DNA of 63,868 bases, the filler included, from Octopus bimaculoides (taxonomy: Eukaryota): the NCBI RefSeq assembly GCF_001194135.2. It is 5 parts of 5 records of this genome, joined end to end, with 100 filler letters (N's around TTAATTAATTAA, not from the genome) between each part and the next. Parts side by side here need not be neighbours in the genome. Positions count along the whole stretch, not along the records: positions 24,000 to 43,104 come from NC_068995.1; 4 more parts are not named here. One strand, 5' to 3'. Below are positions 24,405 to 38,228 of the stretch, one piece after another; position 1 is the first letter of the stretch; each line of letters opens with the position of its first letter. The notes below the pieces were generated by a model. It was not told the origin of the DNA and ran no database searches. It saw nothing but the letters and a program-made list of their open reading frames with translations. The position numbers and the translations under genes are program-made.

Positions 24405-24905
24405 TTATATACACATACATACATATATATATGCATATATATACATATATAGACAGTATACACATGCATATATATACATAGATATCATATTTTTATACAA
24501 ATATATATCATAATACACACATATATACCATACATAAATGCATACATACATATATATCATACATACATGCAGACATATACACACACAGATGTGTATACAG
24601 GGTGTGATGAGTAAATTGTCGCCATTTTATATTTCTAATTTCTTGCATGCGTGTTGTTTGTTTTTGATTTTGTTGACTACCAGTATAGTAGGGTCAGCTG
24701 GGTACCGTCTGTGAGACAAACAGCACCGTGATCCAATTCACTCTATCATTAGTTTAACTGTATGATGTAAGTACTTCTAAGTACTTCTAATCAGATGAGT
24801 ACTAAAGCTGAGTACTTGAAATGCGTTACACTTGGTACATTATGTGCAATGTATTTTTAAAGCAGATTTTGATTTGACATCATGTAATCATCTCCCCCTC
24901 TCTGA

Positions 24906-24976
<71 letters not shown>

Positions 24977-24979
24977 GAA

Positions 24980-25067
24980 GTCTTACATCTGTTTCTGGGA
25001 TATTTTATATATCCCTTCATCAGAAGATGAAGGGATATATAAAATATCCCGGAAACAGCTGTAAGAC
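24980..25067. repeat. 42-bp inverted repeat (2 mismatches, 4-nt spacer) made of two hammerhead-like halves
   Basis: Arms at 24980-25021 and 25026-25067. The minus arm reads CTGATGA-A-GGGATAT-ATAAA-ATATCCC-A-GAA-ACAGATGT-A. Confidence 0.85.
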
Positions 25068-25212
25068 ATTCTATTTATAATTGCAAACAGCTGATTTTAT
25101 TATTTTTTTGCATACACATTAGTGATCTGCTAAATCATCCATAAATTTTTATGGTGAATATATGTATATACTCTGATAGGCAAGGTAGCTCAGAATCAAC
25201 TGAATGAGCTGG

Positions 25213-25265
25213 CCTTACTGACGATGGCTTTGGAAATAGCCGAAACTGACTGGTCAGTCTAAAGA
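25213..25265 (+). ncRNA. Minimal type I hammerhead ribozyme motif
   Basis: CUGACGA (25218-24), U, GGCU-uuggaaau-AGCC, GAA, ACUGAC-ug-GUCAGU, C (GUC site at 25257-59). Stem I is only UUA/UAA. Confidence 0.6.
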
Positions 25266-25869
25266 ATTCTCAGTTTCATGTTCGTGGCGATTGCAGCTCC
25301 TATCAGAGTATATGTTATGTGCTTTGTAACAGCACTGGAGCATTTTAACTCCTATTTCTAGCGATATAGGTGTTATTCACACCGTTAGTCAATTTTAGTG
25401 GTTAACTATAATTGTCCTTTATAGTATAACATTGCAAACAGCTGTTTTATAAATTTTTTACACACACACACACACACATATGTATTTGTGTGTATATCGT
25501 TGTTTTGACAACTACCTTCCATGCTTGCATGGGTTGGATGGAATTTATTGCGGTAGATTTTCTATGTCCAGGTATCCTTTCTGGTATTAATCTTTACCTG
25601 TTTCCATGTAAAACGATATTTTCCTATAGTTTGAAAAATGTTTTCATGAATGGCTGGAAATGAACCACATTCATCTACAATAACCACACAAAAAATAAGA
25701 CAAAGAGACACATGCATACATGACAGGCTTCTTTCAGTTTCCATCTGCAAAATCCATTCACAGAGCTCTGTGTGTATAGAAGACACTTGCCCAAGGTGCA
25801 TTGCTGGGGCACTGAACCCCAAACTTCTGAATCACACTGCTACGCCTGTACCTGTGTGTGTGTGTGTGT

Positions 25870-25922
<53 letters not shown>

Positions 25923-26148
25923 AGTGTGTGAGTAAGTGAATAAAATTTTATAATTAGATTGAGAACAAGTTCTTGGAATAATTTCAATGGGGCTGCAGAA
26001 AAATATTCTTCAATGATCAATTTACTGCAAGCATTTCCATTAAACCCAATTGCAGTATTCTATTCACATAGTTACGACTGATAACTATGAGCTAAAATGT
26101 TACATTCTTAAATTTTGGCAGTGTGTTGATTTCTTTCATAATTTGATT

Positions 26149-26204
26149 CTAATAGTGATAGAACAAAACACATTTCTGAAGTTTCTGGTAAGCATCATCA
26201 CAAG
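26149..26204 (-). CDS. Putative terminal coding exon of an unidentified gene ((A)CDDAYQKLQKCVLFYHY*)
   Basis: Acceptor tgcctttcag|CT; phase 1 matches the exon ending at 30475; TAG at 26149-26151. No homology recognised. Confidence 0.4.
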
Positions 26205-26548
26205 CTGAAAGGCAGTGAATAGTTTGTAAATTGAGTTTTAAATCTGTTTTTGTTCTTTCTACTATTTTCCCCTGATGATGTTATTCTTAAGCCTAACCAT
26301 ACAACCAGTTGGAAATAAAAAATCATAATTCTGTATGAATATATTTTGAAATGAGATGAGATGGAGACATTGAATGGAGAACAAAGAGTTCATCATGAAC
26401 ATACACACACATATGTATGTATGTATGTATGTATGTACATAAATTTTAATACATAAAAGTTTCACATATGTAATGTTGAGTGAAAGATGTCTGATATACA
26501 TACAATTAGTAGACAGAAGGTCCCCCTAGATGTGTGTGTGTGTGTATG

Positions 26549-26618
<70 letters not shown>

Positions 26619-27864
26619 GATAGATATATATGCATATACATATATATAGTTGAATAAGATTTGGGTAAAACCCTTGTAGAATGCTATGCAAATCTCATTC
26701 ACAGTTATTGGCTACCTGATGTCATCATACAGTGGAGATGCACTTTGCTACTGGATATGCTTCAGAAATTCCATGGTATGCACAAAGTTTATGTAAATAG
26801 ATAAATGGTAGAAAATGGAACAAACGACAGTAGCTGTGGTAAGAAGCTTGCTTCCTAATCGCATGATTCTGTGTTCAGTACCACTGTGTGGCACCCTGTG
26901 CCCGACTACATGCATGTATTATACACACACACATATATACATACACACACACACACACACATATATATACATACTTTACACACACAGACACATATATATA
27001 CATACACACACACACAGACATGCACAAATATGTGTATATATATATGTGCATGTATATGTACACATACACACACATGCATATATATATATATATATATATA
27101 TANNNNNNNNNNTGTAGATATGCATGTATGAATTATTTCAGAACTGGGGTGGGGTGGGGGCTGAGAGTATGTCGTTAGTTAACTATTTAATAGTAGTTCT
27201 AATAATATTAATTATGTGAAAAATGTTGAAAGGATCCCACTGAAATATTAATTAATTTTTATTTGGGTTTCTCTATTAATTAAATCTATTTTTAATTCTT
27301 TTGCTCTGACTATGACAATGCATATTTCACATGCCTGTATGGATGTACAGATATATGCCCACTTTCCGTGACCATCACTCCTCATCACTTTTCATTTTCT
27401 TGTTTCCCCCCCCCCCACTCTTTTTGTTCTTTGATTTTTGAAAAAAAAATTTCTTTTTGTTTCTTTTCAAAATTTCTTTCAGTTACCAATTCTATTTGCG
27501 TGTATATATATTTATATATACTCGTGTACAGTTGTATGTGTGCGTATCACTATGTTTGCCTGTGTACATGTATATAATGCTGTATGTGTATGCATGCATG
27601 TGTGTTACTGTAAATGTGTATGTGTATACATGTATATGTGTAAGTATGTTTGTATGTCACTGTTTGTGTGTCTATATAATTTTTGTAGTGTGTGTGTGTG
27701 TGTGTATTTTTATATGTGTGTCTGTGTGTCATTATTTTTATGTCTCTCTTTGTCCAATTTAATGTAGAAACATCTTCAAAAAATACATTGTTGGTTTGGT
27801 TTTGTGTGTTTCCAGGTTTTTAAAAAAATTTTTTTATTTCATTTTCTTTTTCTTTCTTTTCTTC

Positions 27865-27908
<44 letters not shown>

Positions 27909-29335
27909 CACACACACTCTCTCTCTCTCACTTTTTGACTTGTATACACTTCATCTTTTGCATACACACACACACACACACATGTATACAGTTATGTTCA
28001 CATACACACAGACACGCATACAGAAAGGCATGTATACATACGCACATGCATTCATGTATTCAGGCACACACGTACTCACATGTACATTCATATACACACA
28101 TACATGCACATATACACATAGACACACACATTTATACACAAATGTACATTCAGCTGAACACACACACACACATATATATACATACCATTGCACACACACA
28201 CACACACACAAACACACAGACATACACACCTATGCAAAGACATACACACACAATCAGATATGCTAAATACACACATAAACATACACACGTAAACATTCAT
28301 ATACACACATACTAACATACATATACTCACACACAGACATCTACACACAAACACACATACCTATACAAAAACACACACACACATACTCATAGACTTACAT
28401 ACATACACACAGGGGCCTTCATATGCATACACCCCCACACACAATCTCTCTCTCAATTTCTCACAGTATCTCAATCACTCCCTCTCTTTCTCTTCTCCCG
28501 CTTTCTCTTTCTATATATATCTCCCTCTTTCTCTTCTGTTCTTTCTCCAGCTCCAGCTAATTTCCCCTCCCCTCTAATTTACAGCTAATATTACTCTATT
28601 GTAATTTGAAGTCCATCAAATAATAACTAGGAACATTTTTGGTTGTTTTGTTTTTTCCTGTGAAGTATCACTGTAATCTTATTAAGAAGACAACCAAATT
28701 ATACATAGAAACATGTACACACACCTATATACACACACGTACACATGCATACACATACACACACATATGCACATAAACATATGTACATACATATATAAAC
28801 ACGCATATCTATATATATATATATATATATGCACATAAACATACACACACACACACACACATATATAGATACACGTGTAAACATACACACACACACACAA
28901 AATGGCATGCACACACACACACGGACACACATACACCTACAGACATATATACACATGCACACTAGCAAATTTTATTTTCATTTTTATATTTTTCAGCTAT
29001 TATTATTATAATTATTACTACTACCACTACTACTATTACTATCATTATTATTATTATTATTACTATTATTATTAATAATTTCATCATTATTATATTTTCC
29101 AAACTCTTTTTACAATTATTTTTGTGAAATATTTTGTTTTCTGTGTATCCGGGGGGCCCCTTCTATCATCCATAACATGTAATCATTTTTATAGAATGAA
29201 AGAAAAGCAATGATAATTTATTGCCGTCATTTTCTAATTACTGGCCAACGTTTCTGCAATATGGTCTCGGCAAGGAGTTATTAAAAACTTGTAATATTTC
29301 TTCTCTCTCTCTCCTATTTCTCTTCCTCTCTTTCT

Positions 29336-29370
<35 letters not shown>

Positions 29371-29445
29371 TTCATTGTGTGTCTGTTCACTTCTTCATAT
29401 GTTCTTTTATATTCATATGATATGTGTGAGACAGATAGACAGACA

Positions 29446-29572
<127 letters not shown>

Positions 29573-29602
29573 TCTTATAATTTTATACAGGAACAAACAT
29601 TG

Positions 29603-29634
<32 letters not shown>

Positions 29635-30474
29635 ACAAATTGGTATATTAAGCAAAAATATCTTGTGATAATTAGATCAGATTCCATCCCTTTACATCAA
29701 GATGGACTTAGACATTTTATCCTTCAGGAGATCTATGATATTAACACTGGTTAAAGTACTGAGTCAATTATAATCTACTAAAACCTTTAAAGGGGCTGGG
29801 AAGATCCAGAATGGACTGAAACCAGTGAAAGAATAAGAAAAAAAAATGGAAAATAAAATCAATAGAAATATTAAAAAGAAAGAAAAAGACAAAATTTACA
29901 AAAATGATAAAAAGCAATATGAACAAAAACAAAGAAAAACAATAAGAAAACAATAAAAAATTGGAAATAGCAAAAGCTAACCATAGTAACAATTCTTTCT
30001 ATGATAGATACAAGGTCTGAAATTTTGTGTCAGAGGTCTAGTCATTAGCCCTAGTACACAACTGGTACATAATTTATCAACCCTGATTCTGCTAGCTCAC
30101 TGCCCTAATAATAATAATACTAATACTACTACCACTACTACTAATAATAATCCTTTCTACTATAGGCACAAGGCCTGAAATTTGGTAGGAGGGGGCCAGC
30201 CGATTAGATCGACCCCAGTACACAACTGGTACTTAATTTATCGACCCCGAAAGGCTGAAAGGCAAAGTCGACCCCGGCGGAATTTGAACTCACAACGTAG
30301 CAGCAGATGAAATACCGCTAAGCATTTCACCTGGTGTACTGACGATTCTATCAGCTCCCTGCCCTAATAACGATGACAATAATAATAATAATAATAATGA
30401 TAATAGAAGCATTTGGAATGAAACAAAAGAATAAAATTCAAAGTGTGAGCAGATAGTTTTTGAAGCGTACTCAC

Positions 30475-30617
30475 CAAGAACTAATTTAGGATCACATTGT
30501 AGAATATCCATGGTTGGCTGTACCATTCTTTCTACCATTTCACTAAGTAAGTCGACGGCTTCCTTTTTACAATATTGGTTGATACCATTTATACATGCAA
30601 TGTATTTGTAGATAACT
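30475..30617 (-). CDS. Exon of an unidentified gene (VIYKYIACINGINQYCKKEAVDLLSEMVERMVQPTMDILQCDPKLVL)
   Basis: Strong pyrimidine tract ctcttccactcttttttgcag and donor GTGAGT. 143 nt, open in the phase 2-1 frame. Confidence 0.65.
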
Positions 30618-31436
30618 CTGCAAAAAAGAGTGGAAGAGTGAGTGTGAGTGAGACACTAAGTTGAGTGTGAGAGAGAGTGTGGATGGGAAGAAACTGAGGA
30701 ATTTTAATGAAAAATAAATAAATAAATAAATTAGATTTCCAGCATCGGAAATGCATATTATGAATAAATTCCAATATTTTAAATCTAGGTTTGTCCCCGT
30801 TAATGGGGGTGGCTGAATCTACCTCATTCTTACAGCAACCGCTCTCATAACATCTCGTCCGGTTTTGAGCGTCCTCCCTCATCAAGCTAACCCTCTCAAT
30901 CACCTCCTCCACCTGTCCCCTCCACATTTTCTTTGGTCGACCTCACTTTTGCGGTTCATTCACGTTAAGCTCAAGCACTCTCCTCAGAACATGGTCCTCA
31001 TCCATCCTCAACCCATGTCCATACCACCGCACTTCAGTCACCCTTGCCAGCTATTCATTCAAAAACATACAATGACTGTTAACTCCACTTAAACATCTCT
31101 TGTTTGCTGTTAAACTTCTTGTCTTACCAATTACGACCTGGTCACTAACACAATTCCATGTCAGTGAAACATTGTCAGCGACAAGGTTGCAGTTGATATG
31201 ACTAAAATTTAGACACCAAACAATAAATGTTGAAGTGAAGTTAATAGTCTTTGCATGCTTAGATACAAATGATGAATGTGTTTTTCCATGCTGTCATTGT
31301 TTTATTTCAATCTTAGATCAAATCACTTGCTTCACAAATATATTTCTGAAATAAAGAAATAAAAGCAGTAAAATTTATAAGGCATCACCATTGCTATCTT
31401 TGCTAGCATTCATCCTAGCTCAATGCATGGGTTTAC

Positions 31437-31623
31437 CTGTATGATTGATATGACATACCATTGTTCAGCTTTCTCTGGATGAAGGAAAGATAACTGGTGG
31501 TGTTGTGGGCAGATCTTATTGACATCTGTAGCTTCCTTTCAACACGAGTTTGTAGAAGAAACTGAACAGGCACCATGTCACGGACAGGTTCAATAACCTT
31601 GTTTTGGACTTCTATCGCAGCTC
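31437..31623 (-). CDS. Exon of the same unidentified gene (AAIEVQNKVIEPVRDMVPVQFLLQTRVERKLQMSIRSAHNTTSYLSFIQRKLNNGMSYQSYR)
   Basis: 187 nt of open, non-repetitive frame; tttgacag|GA and CAG|GTAAAC. The phase 2 end matches the 30617 exon. The acceptor is weak. Confidence 0.55.
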
Positions 31624-31729
31624 CTGTCAAAGAGTCTTTGTTGCTTCAACAACATTACTTTGTGGTTATTAGTTCAGGTTTTTGACCTTTATGTCAAGAT
31701 GGACTTAGCCATTTCATCTTACCACACAG

Positions 31730-31915
31730 CTGTGTGGTAAGAAGCTAGGTACAGGTGTGGCTGTATGGTAAGAAGCTTGCTTCCCAACCACATGGTTCTG
31801 GTTCAGTCCCACTGTGTGGAACCTTGGGTAAGTGTCTTCTACTATAGCCTCGAGCCGACCAAAACCTTGTGAGTGGATTTGGTAGGCGGAAACTGAAAGA
31901 AGCCTGTCGTGTATG
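31730..31915 (+). mobile_element. Abundant tRNA-like-head SINE followed by (CA/TA)n, representative copy
   Basis: The motif tgtggtaagaagcttgcttcccaaccacatggtt...ggaaactgaaagaagcc recurs at about 4040, 13810, 15960, 17540, 25730, 31950, 37960, 42260, 54655 and 61465. Confidence 0.8.
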
Positions 31916-32479
31916 TGTATATATATATATCCACTAAATTACAGGGACATAAACAAACCAACACCTGTTTTGAAGCGGCGGTGGGGACAAACACCAACAC
32001 AAAGGCACACACACATATGATGGGCTTCTTTCAGTTTCCATCTTACTGAATCCACTCACAAAGTAGAAGACACTTGCCCAACTTGTCTGTGTATATACAT
32101 ACATATATACACATCCCCACACGTGCACACACACACATATACATATACCTTTTGCTAATGTAGTACAAAAACACTGAAGTGCTCAATACCATTAACATTC
32201 AATGTGTATAGTATCATATATACACTTGGATGTGTGTGTGAATGTGTGTGGATTTATGGGTTATGTAATCGTATTCTTTCAGAAATTTCTATGTAATACA
32301 TACATACATACATACAAACATACATCATCTATGGTTGATCCGGAATTCATTTTTTTCTGTTTTATTTCCTTCACATTTGACTTAGTTTGTGACCCTGTTT
32401 AAGTTTTAATTAATTACTCATTAAGCACTTTAAGTGAATGATACTTCATTTGACCGAGTTATGACATGCTTTGGGAAAC

Positions 32480-32518
<39 letters not shown>

Positions 32519-34139
32519 CATACGAATAGATACTAATAAACAAGCATACAAATACAAGTTACTTTATAAACACATACACACGCACACACACGCACATGCA
32601 CACACACACGTGCACACACACGCACATGCACACACACACACACACACGCACACACACACACATATATAGAAGCAACTTGTTAATTCTGCAAAATTTCTTT
32701 CAAAATGAAGTTAGTTATCTCCCTGCCTCCTTTCTTTCTTTCTTTGCCTCTCTCTGTTATGAAAATAGTTTAATACAACTGATGAGTATTTGGAAATTTT
32801 TGGAATTATGTTTTTAATGAAACACTGGCCAATGTTTCATTCTGTTTTTGTCAGAAAAAAAAAACAAAAAAAAAACACCCCTACCACCAAAAACAAAACC
32901 AAAAAAATTGAAGACGAAAAAAAATTCCTACTCAAATATGATTAATTAAATGCAAGAAACACTCACTTCTTCATTAATATAAAATAAAGAAATTTGTTTT
33001 GAGGACAAAAAAAAAATGTAAAAAAAAACCAAAAAATGAAAACAAGAAAAAACCCACATGAATTAAGATCTTGACATTTTGTTTCGTTAGCAAACTTTTA
33101 TACTTCTTTTTTTTTATTTCTAGTGTGTTTTTTTAAAGTAATTTTGTTTTGTTGATTTCTGTTGCGCTTATGTTTGTGTTGTCTTTTAAATATTTAAATA
33201 TTTATCTTTTTGTTTAATTTTTTTTTTACCTTCCTATTTATTCATCTCAATTAATTATTCTTATTTAATCTTATTATTTGCATTTTGGAAACATTTTTCT
33301 TCTTTTCCTCCTCCTCCTTTCTTTCCTTCTTTATAATTCGTATTATGTGTTATCATTTATAATACTTTTAAAAATAATTCGTTCTCTTTATTATTAATAT
33401 TACTATTATCATTATTATTATTATTATTATTATTAATCATTGTTTCTGTTTTATATCAATAGTGTCACTCCCACCAACAACCACCAACCACCACCACCAT
33501 CCCGCTTCTCTTCCCTCTCCTCCTTCTCATCATTGTACTATCCGATCATGATTATGATCATGAAACAGATGATAATTAGGCTGATGGTGATGATGATGAG
33601 ATTGTCATCGTCATCACTACTATTAACATAATCTTTATTATAACCATCGTCACCACCGCCATTATCACTACAATACTGTCATCATCATCACCATCAACAT
33701 CACCATCATCAGTAACACCACCACTATCATCATCATCATCATCACTATCCTACTCCCTTATGTCAGAAATTATTATTATAGTAATCAATATCAGAGCTTC
33801 TTATTTGAAACTTCTATTTCGTATTGTCCCTTATGCGTTGTCCTTGTGGCAAATATCCAAATTATAACCATCATTGTAATTATATCATTATAACCATTGT
33901 TGTTGTTGTTATTATTATTATGGTGGTGAGCTGGCAGAACTGTTAGGCTGCTGGGCAAAAAGTTTAGTGGCATCTTGTCTGTCTTTACGTTCTGAGTTCA
34001 AATTCCACTGAGGTTGACTTTGCCTTTCATCCTTTTGGAAGGTCAAGGAAATAAGTACCAGTTATGCACTGGGGTCGAAGTAATCGACTAGTCCCTTCCC
34101 ATCAAATTTCAGGCCTTGTACCTCTTGTAGTAAAGATTA

Positions 34140-34620
34140 TTAATTATTATTATTGTTATTATTATTTTAGTTTGACTTGGTCTTATTCCTGGTAGGATTC
34201 ATGTGGGTAGCGGGTTACTACCTGTAACTTTAGGTATCCACAAGTTTTCAGTAGTCTTTCAAGTGCTTAGAATCCTCCTGATAATCCTTGTTTTCCCTGA
34301 GAGACAAACTTTCTGCTGGCGCTCTACTGAGCATTCTATTCCAATCTCCTTCAGCCATTTGTCTATATCTTTGCTTACTACTAATTTCATTATCATTATT
34401 ATTATCATTTCTCTTATCAGTTGGACAACGTTTTCTGTGGTAATTCAACTCTGTATAGAGATGACATACTGCACCGAAGACCGATGTGAAATTAATACCT
34501 AGCAGTGGTAGATGAGGATGAATGATTAAAACCAGATAAAGGTTCCAAAGAACAACTGAGGTAGCACACCTCAAAACATGTGGTTCCTTCATGACTTCAT
34601 GACTCAGCAAGGAACTAGAT
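34140..34620 (-). mobile_element. 3' end of an RLE-type (R4/Dong-like) non-LTR retrotransposon with (TAA)n tail
   Basis: Frame ends ...SGKTRIIRRILST*, resembling the LGTARIIRKVL terminus, then a short UTR and (TAA)n. Confidence 0.55.
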
Positions 34621-34955
34621 TACTCAAGATGAAATCTGGGGAACATATTTGAATGGAAGGTGATCAGATGATGGAGTTCCATGATCCCAGATAGGTGGTG
34701 CCTTCTCAAACCTATGTGAAGGGGGTGGTTATTTTCGAGATCTATTTTTATTTGTCTTGCGTACCTGTTTTAATATATTGTAACATGTTATTTCGTTATA
34801 GCCTCTTTATTATACACATATACATATACAATGCACATCTTCACATATTTCACAATGATTCTATTTGTGGCACAGTCTATAGCATGCATGAGCTCATGCA
34901 GCCAATAAAGAAACACATCATAATTATTATTATTATTGAGTGAGAGAGCAGTGCA

Positions 34956-35001
<46 letters not shown>

Positions 35002-35027
35002 TTACTCCGTAGAGCTTTCAGTCTTAC

Positions 35028-35062
35028 TTGCTCTGGTTAATTCTGTGAGCATGAATAGCATC
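35028..35062 (-). CDS. Candidate 35-nt exon of the unidentified gene (MLFMLTELTRA)
   Basis: ctttaacaacag|G...CAA|GTAAGA; an island of unique sequence between (TAA)n tracts. The phase 1 end joins the 31623 exon in frame. Confidence 0.4.
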
Positions 35063-35075
35063 CTGTTGTTAAAGG

Positions 35076-35122
<47 letters not shown>

Positions 35123-35607
35123 TAATAATAATGATAAAATTATGGAGAAACAATGGAATAAATGATAATTTTTACAAAAAAAAAAATTATTAATGTTGCT
35201 ATTTCTTATGTATAATTCATAACGTTAATTTACATTCGAAAATGACTTGAGTTGACAGATGATGTTTAAGGAGGTTTGCTGGTGTAAACCATGGAGGTCA
35301 TTGGGGTAGCATTGATGGTTTAATCTTCCTGTTGTTTTTTTTTTTTTACTACAATGGACAGAAACAACCAGTTCCATATAGTGTCGTATAAAACTTTGTA
35401 AGGACTAAATGCAGCAATGCAAGCAGATAACAGAGCACCATACTGCACTATAATGTACTGTATTGCACCAAGCTACATTTCCTTGCAATACAAAAACTAT
35501 ACATCATACTACACTTCAGTTCCCTGTAACATGCAACATTGCAATAGCCCAAACTGTACTATTAGACAGCAAGATACACTGTATTACATGGTGTATGTAC
35601 ACACACA

Positions 35608-35655
<48 letters not shown>

Positions 35656-35709
35656 GTATAGGCAACTTGCCGTGCCTTCAGCCATTTGAGCTTGATGAGT
35701 TACCTTTAC

Positions 35710-35990
35710 CAGTGCTTCTCAAACTATCTGATGTGGTGTACGGGCAGTTTTTTTCCCATTATGTGCCCTGAATTGGTAATATTTCTTAGTAATATTAATT
35801 TATATCGGAAATAATATATATAATGAATATAATAAAAGCTGACAACATTTTTGTATTTATTTTGTAAACAAATAATACAATATTACATAAGCATTTTATA
35901 ACGTTTCTTTCTGTTCTGGAAACTTGCTGCATACCGACAGCTGATGGCTCGCAGACTGGCACTGGTCCATGGACCACCACCTAAAACAAA
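35710..35990. mobile_element. hAT-like MITE, one end truncated
   Basis: Begins cagtgcttctcaaac; subterminal ggtccatggaccaccac; the second TIR is missing. Confidence 0.45.
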
Positions 35991-36691
35991 GCATGCAAAT
36001 ATTGCACACATCATCATCATTATCGTTTAACGTTCGTTTTCTATGCTGGCATGGGTTGGACGGTTCGACTGGGGTCTGGGAAGCCAGGAGACTGCACCAG
36101 GTTCCAGTCTGATCTGGCAATGTTTCTACAGCTGGATGCCCTTCCTAATGTCAACCACTCCGAGAGTGTCGTGGGTGCATTGACCACGATCGGATAATGC
36201 TTTTTGCATGCCACCAGCACGGATGCTAGTCAAGGCGGCACTGGCATCAGCCACATTCGGATGGTGCTTTTTACATGCCACCAGCACACACAAACACCCT
36301 GTTGATGTTGTTAAAACTCTAATGCAGGAACCTTGGATCTAGGTTAGAAACCGGTCCTTTCTCTATTGGCAAGAAATCTTGAAATAAATCTGAATAATAA
36401 CATACAAACGCAGGTACATACATAAATTTGTATATGCATACATACATACATATATACATACATATGTTGTCAGTAGTTCATATATCCAAAAGAGAAACAC
36501 ACTTTAAAACATGAGAACAGTAATATATTCTTTAGGAGGTTGACTTTGCCTTTCATCCTTTCGGGGGTCGATAAATTAAGTACCAGCTGCATACTGAGGT
36601 CAATCTAATCAGCTGGTCCCCTCCCCCAAAATTTAGGGCTTTATGCCTAGTGTAGAAAAGAGTATATTTTTTAGGAAGTCATGTATGTATG

Positions 36692-36727
<36 letters not shown>

Positions 36728-37288
36728 ATTATTTGAAAGTCTACGAGGATTATTTAATACAGTTTTTGAAGTGTAAAGGTGATTTTTAAAAGATAATTAT
36801 TTAAAAAAAAAATGTTATGAAATCTTTCATCAGGTGGTTACTAACCACTTTTGGGAAGAAGTTTTTTTCTAGTGTGTGAGCGCTTTTGTTAAACCTTTTC
36901 AAACACACATGCTCTTAAAGAGGAAGTTGTATATATGGCCAAACATTTACATATAAATAAAAATACATAAAAGAACAAACATTCACATAGAAATAATTAT
37001 TGGCATATCCTGGCATATGTTTGTGAACAAGTATGTATAAATTAAACACGAACAGAAATTAAATATAAACATCAAACTGACAGAGATAAACCAAATTATG
37101 TGTTTTATTGCTTGTTAAACATTTTAGAATCTTAAATTCTTTGTTTATATAAATGTTTGTCCCACTTAATATTTTTATGTAAATGTTTAACCTGTTAATA
37201 GCTAAACTAATACCTATATATCTGCCTGTCTGTCTGTATATTTATCTATATCTTTATTAATACATATGCATACATATATATATACATA

Positions 37289-37328
<40 letters not shown>

Positions 37329-37442
37329 CATATATAGATATATTTCACAGACAAGAAAAATAAGTTTGTTTACATATGTTCTTGCATTCCAAAACAGAAT
37401 CTATGATACTTAGTGTTTAATTTGATGGAGATTGTTGTCATT

Positions 37443-37516
37443 GGGCAGTTTAGCTTAATTGTTTGAGTACTCAGCCAGCATCTGAGGGGTGCAGGTTCAA
37501 GTCCCATGGCCGTCCA
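37443..37516 (+). pseudogene. tRNA-Ala(AGC)-like pseudogene or isolated SINE head
   Basis: A-box-like agcttaattgtttgag, perfect anticodon stem CTCAG/CTGAG around CC-AGC-AT, B box GGTTCAAGTCC. The acceptor and T stems are mismatched. Confidence 0.45.
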
Positions 37517-37843
37517 CTTTTGCAATCATATAAGGGCAAAATACCCAATCTTTATACTGTTTCCATGGCTACACTATGTTCAAAATTATTACTTTCTTGT
37601 CTGCAAAAAGCAAAAGAAAAAATATAATTATATATTCTTTTATTCTTTTACTTGTTCCAGCCATCTAACTGTGGCCATGCTGGAGCACCGCCTTTAGTCG
37701 GAGAAATCGACCCCAGGATTTATTCTTTGTAAGCCTAGTACTTATTCTATCATTCTTTTTAGCTGAACCACTAAGTTATGGGGGTGTAAACACACCAGCA
37801 TCAGTTGTCAAGCGATGGTGGGGACACACACAAATACATGCAT

Positions 37844-37959
<116 letters not shown>

Positions 37960-38121
37960 CGGGTTTCTTTCAGTTTCTGTCTACCAAATCCCCTCACAAG
38001 GCTTTGATCAGCCCTAGGCTATAGTAGAGGACACTTGCCCAAGGTGCCAAGCAATGAAACTGAACCCGGAACCACATGGTTGCGAAGCAAGCTTCTTACC
38101 ACACAGCCACTCCTGTACCTA

Positions 38122-38171
<50 letters not shown>

Positions 38172-38181
38172 NNNNNNNNNN

Positions 38182-38228
<47 letters not shown>

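Noticed and set aside
26092-26151. Stop read-through by A-to-I editing (TAG to TGG) extending the unidentified gene with NQIMKEINTLPKFKNVTF
   Set aside because: Further stops follow every 18-25 codons, as expected for random AT-rich UTR; there is no evidence of editing from the sequence alone.
35655-35705. Possible exon LIKLKWLKAR with a GC donor upstream of the 35062 exon
   Set aside because: An in-frame TAA lies immediately upstream with no acceptor in between, and the region abuts a MITE.
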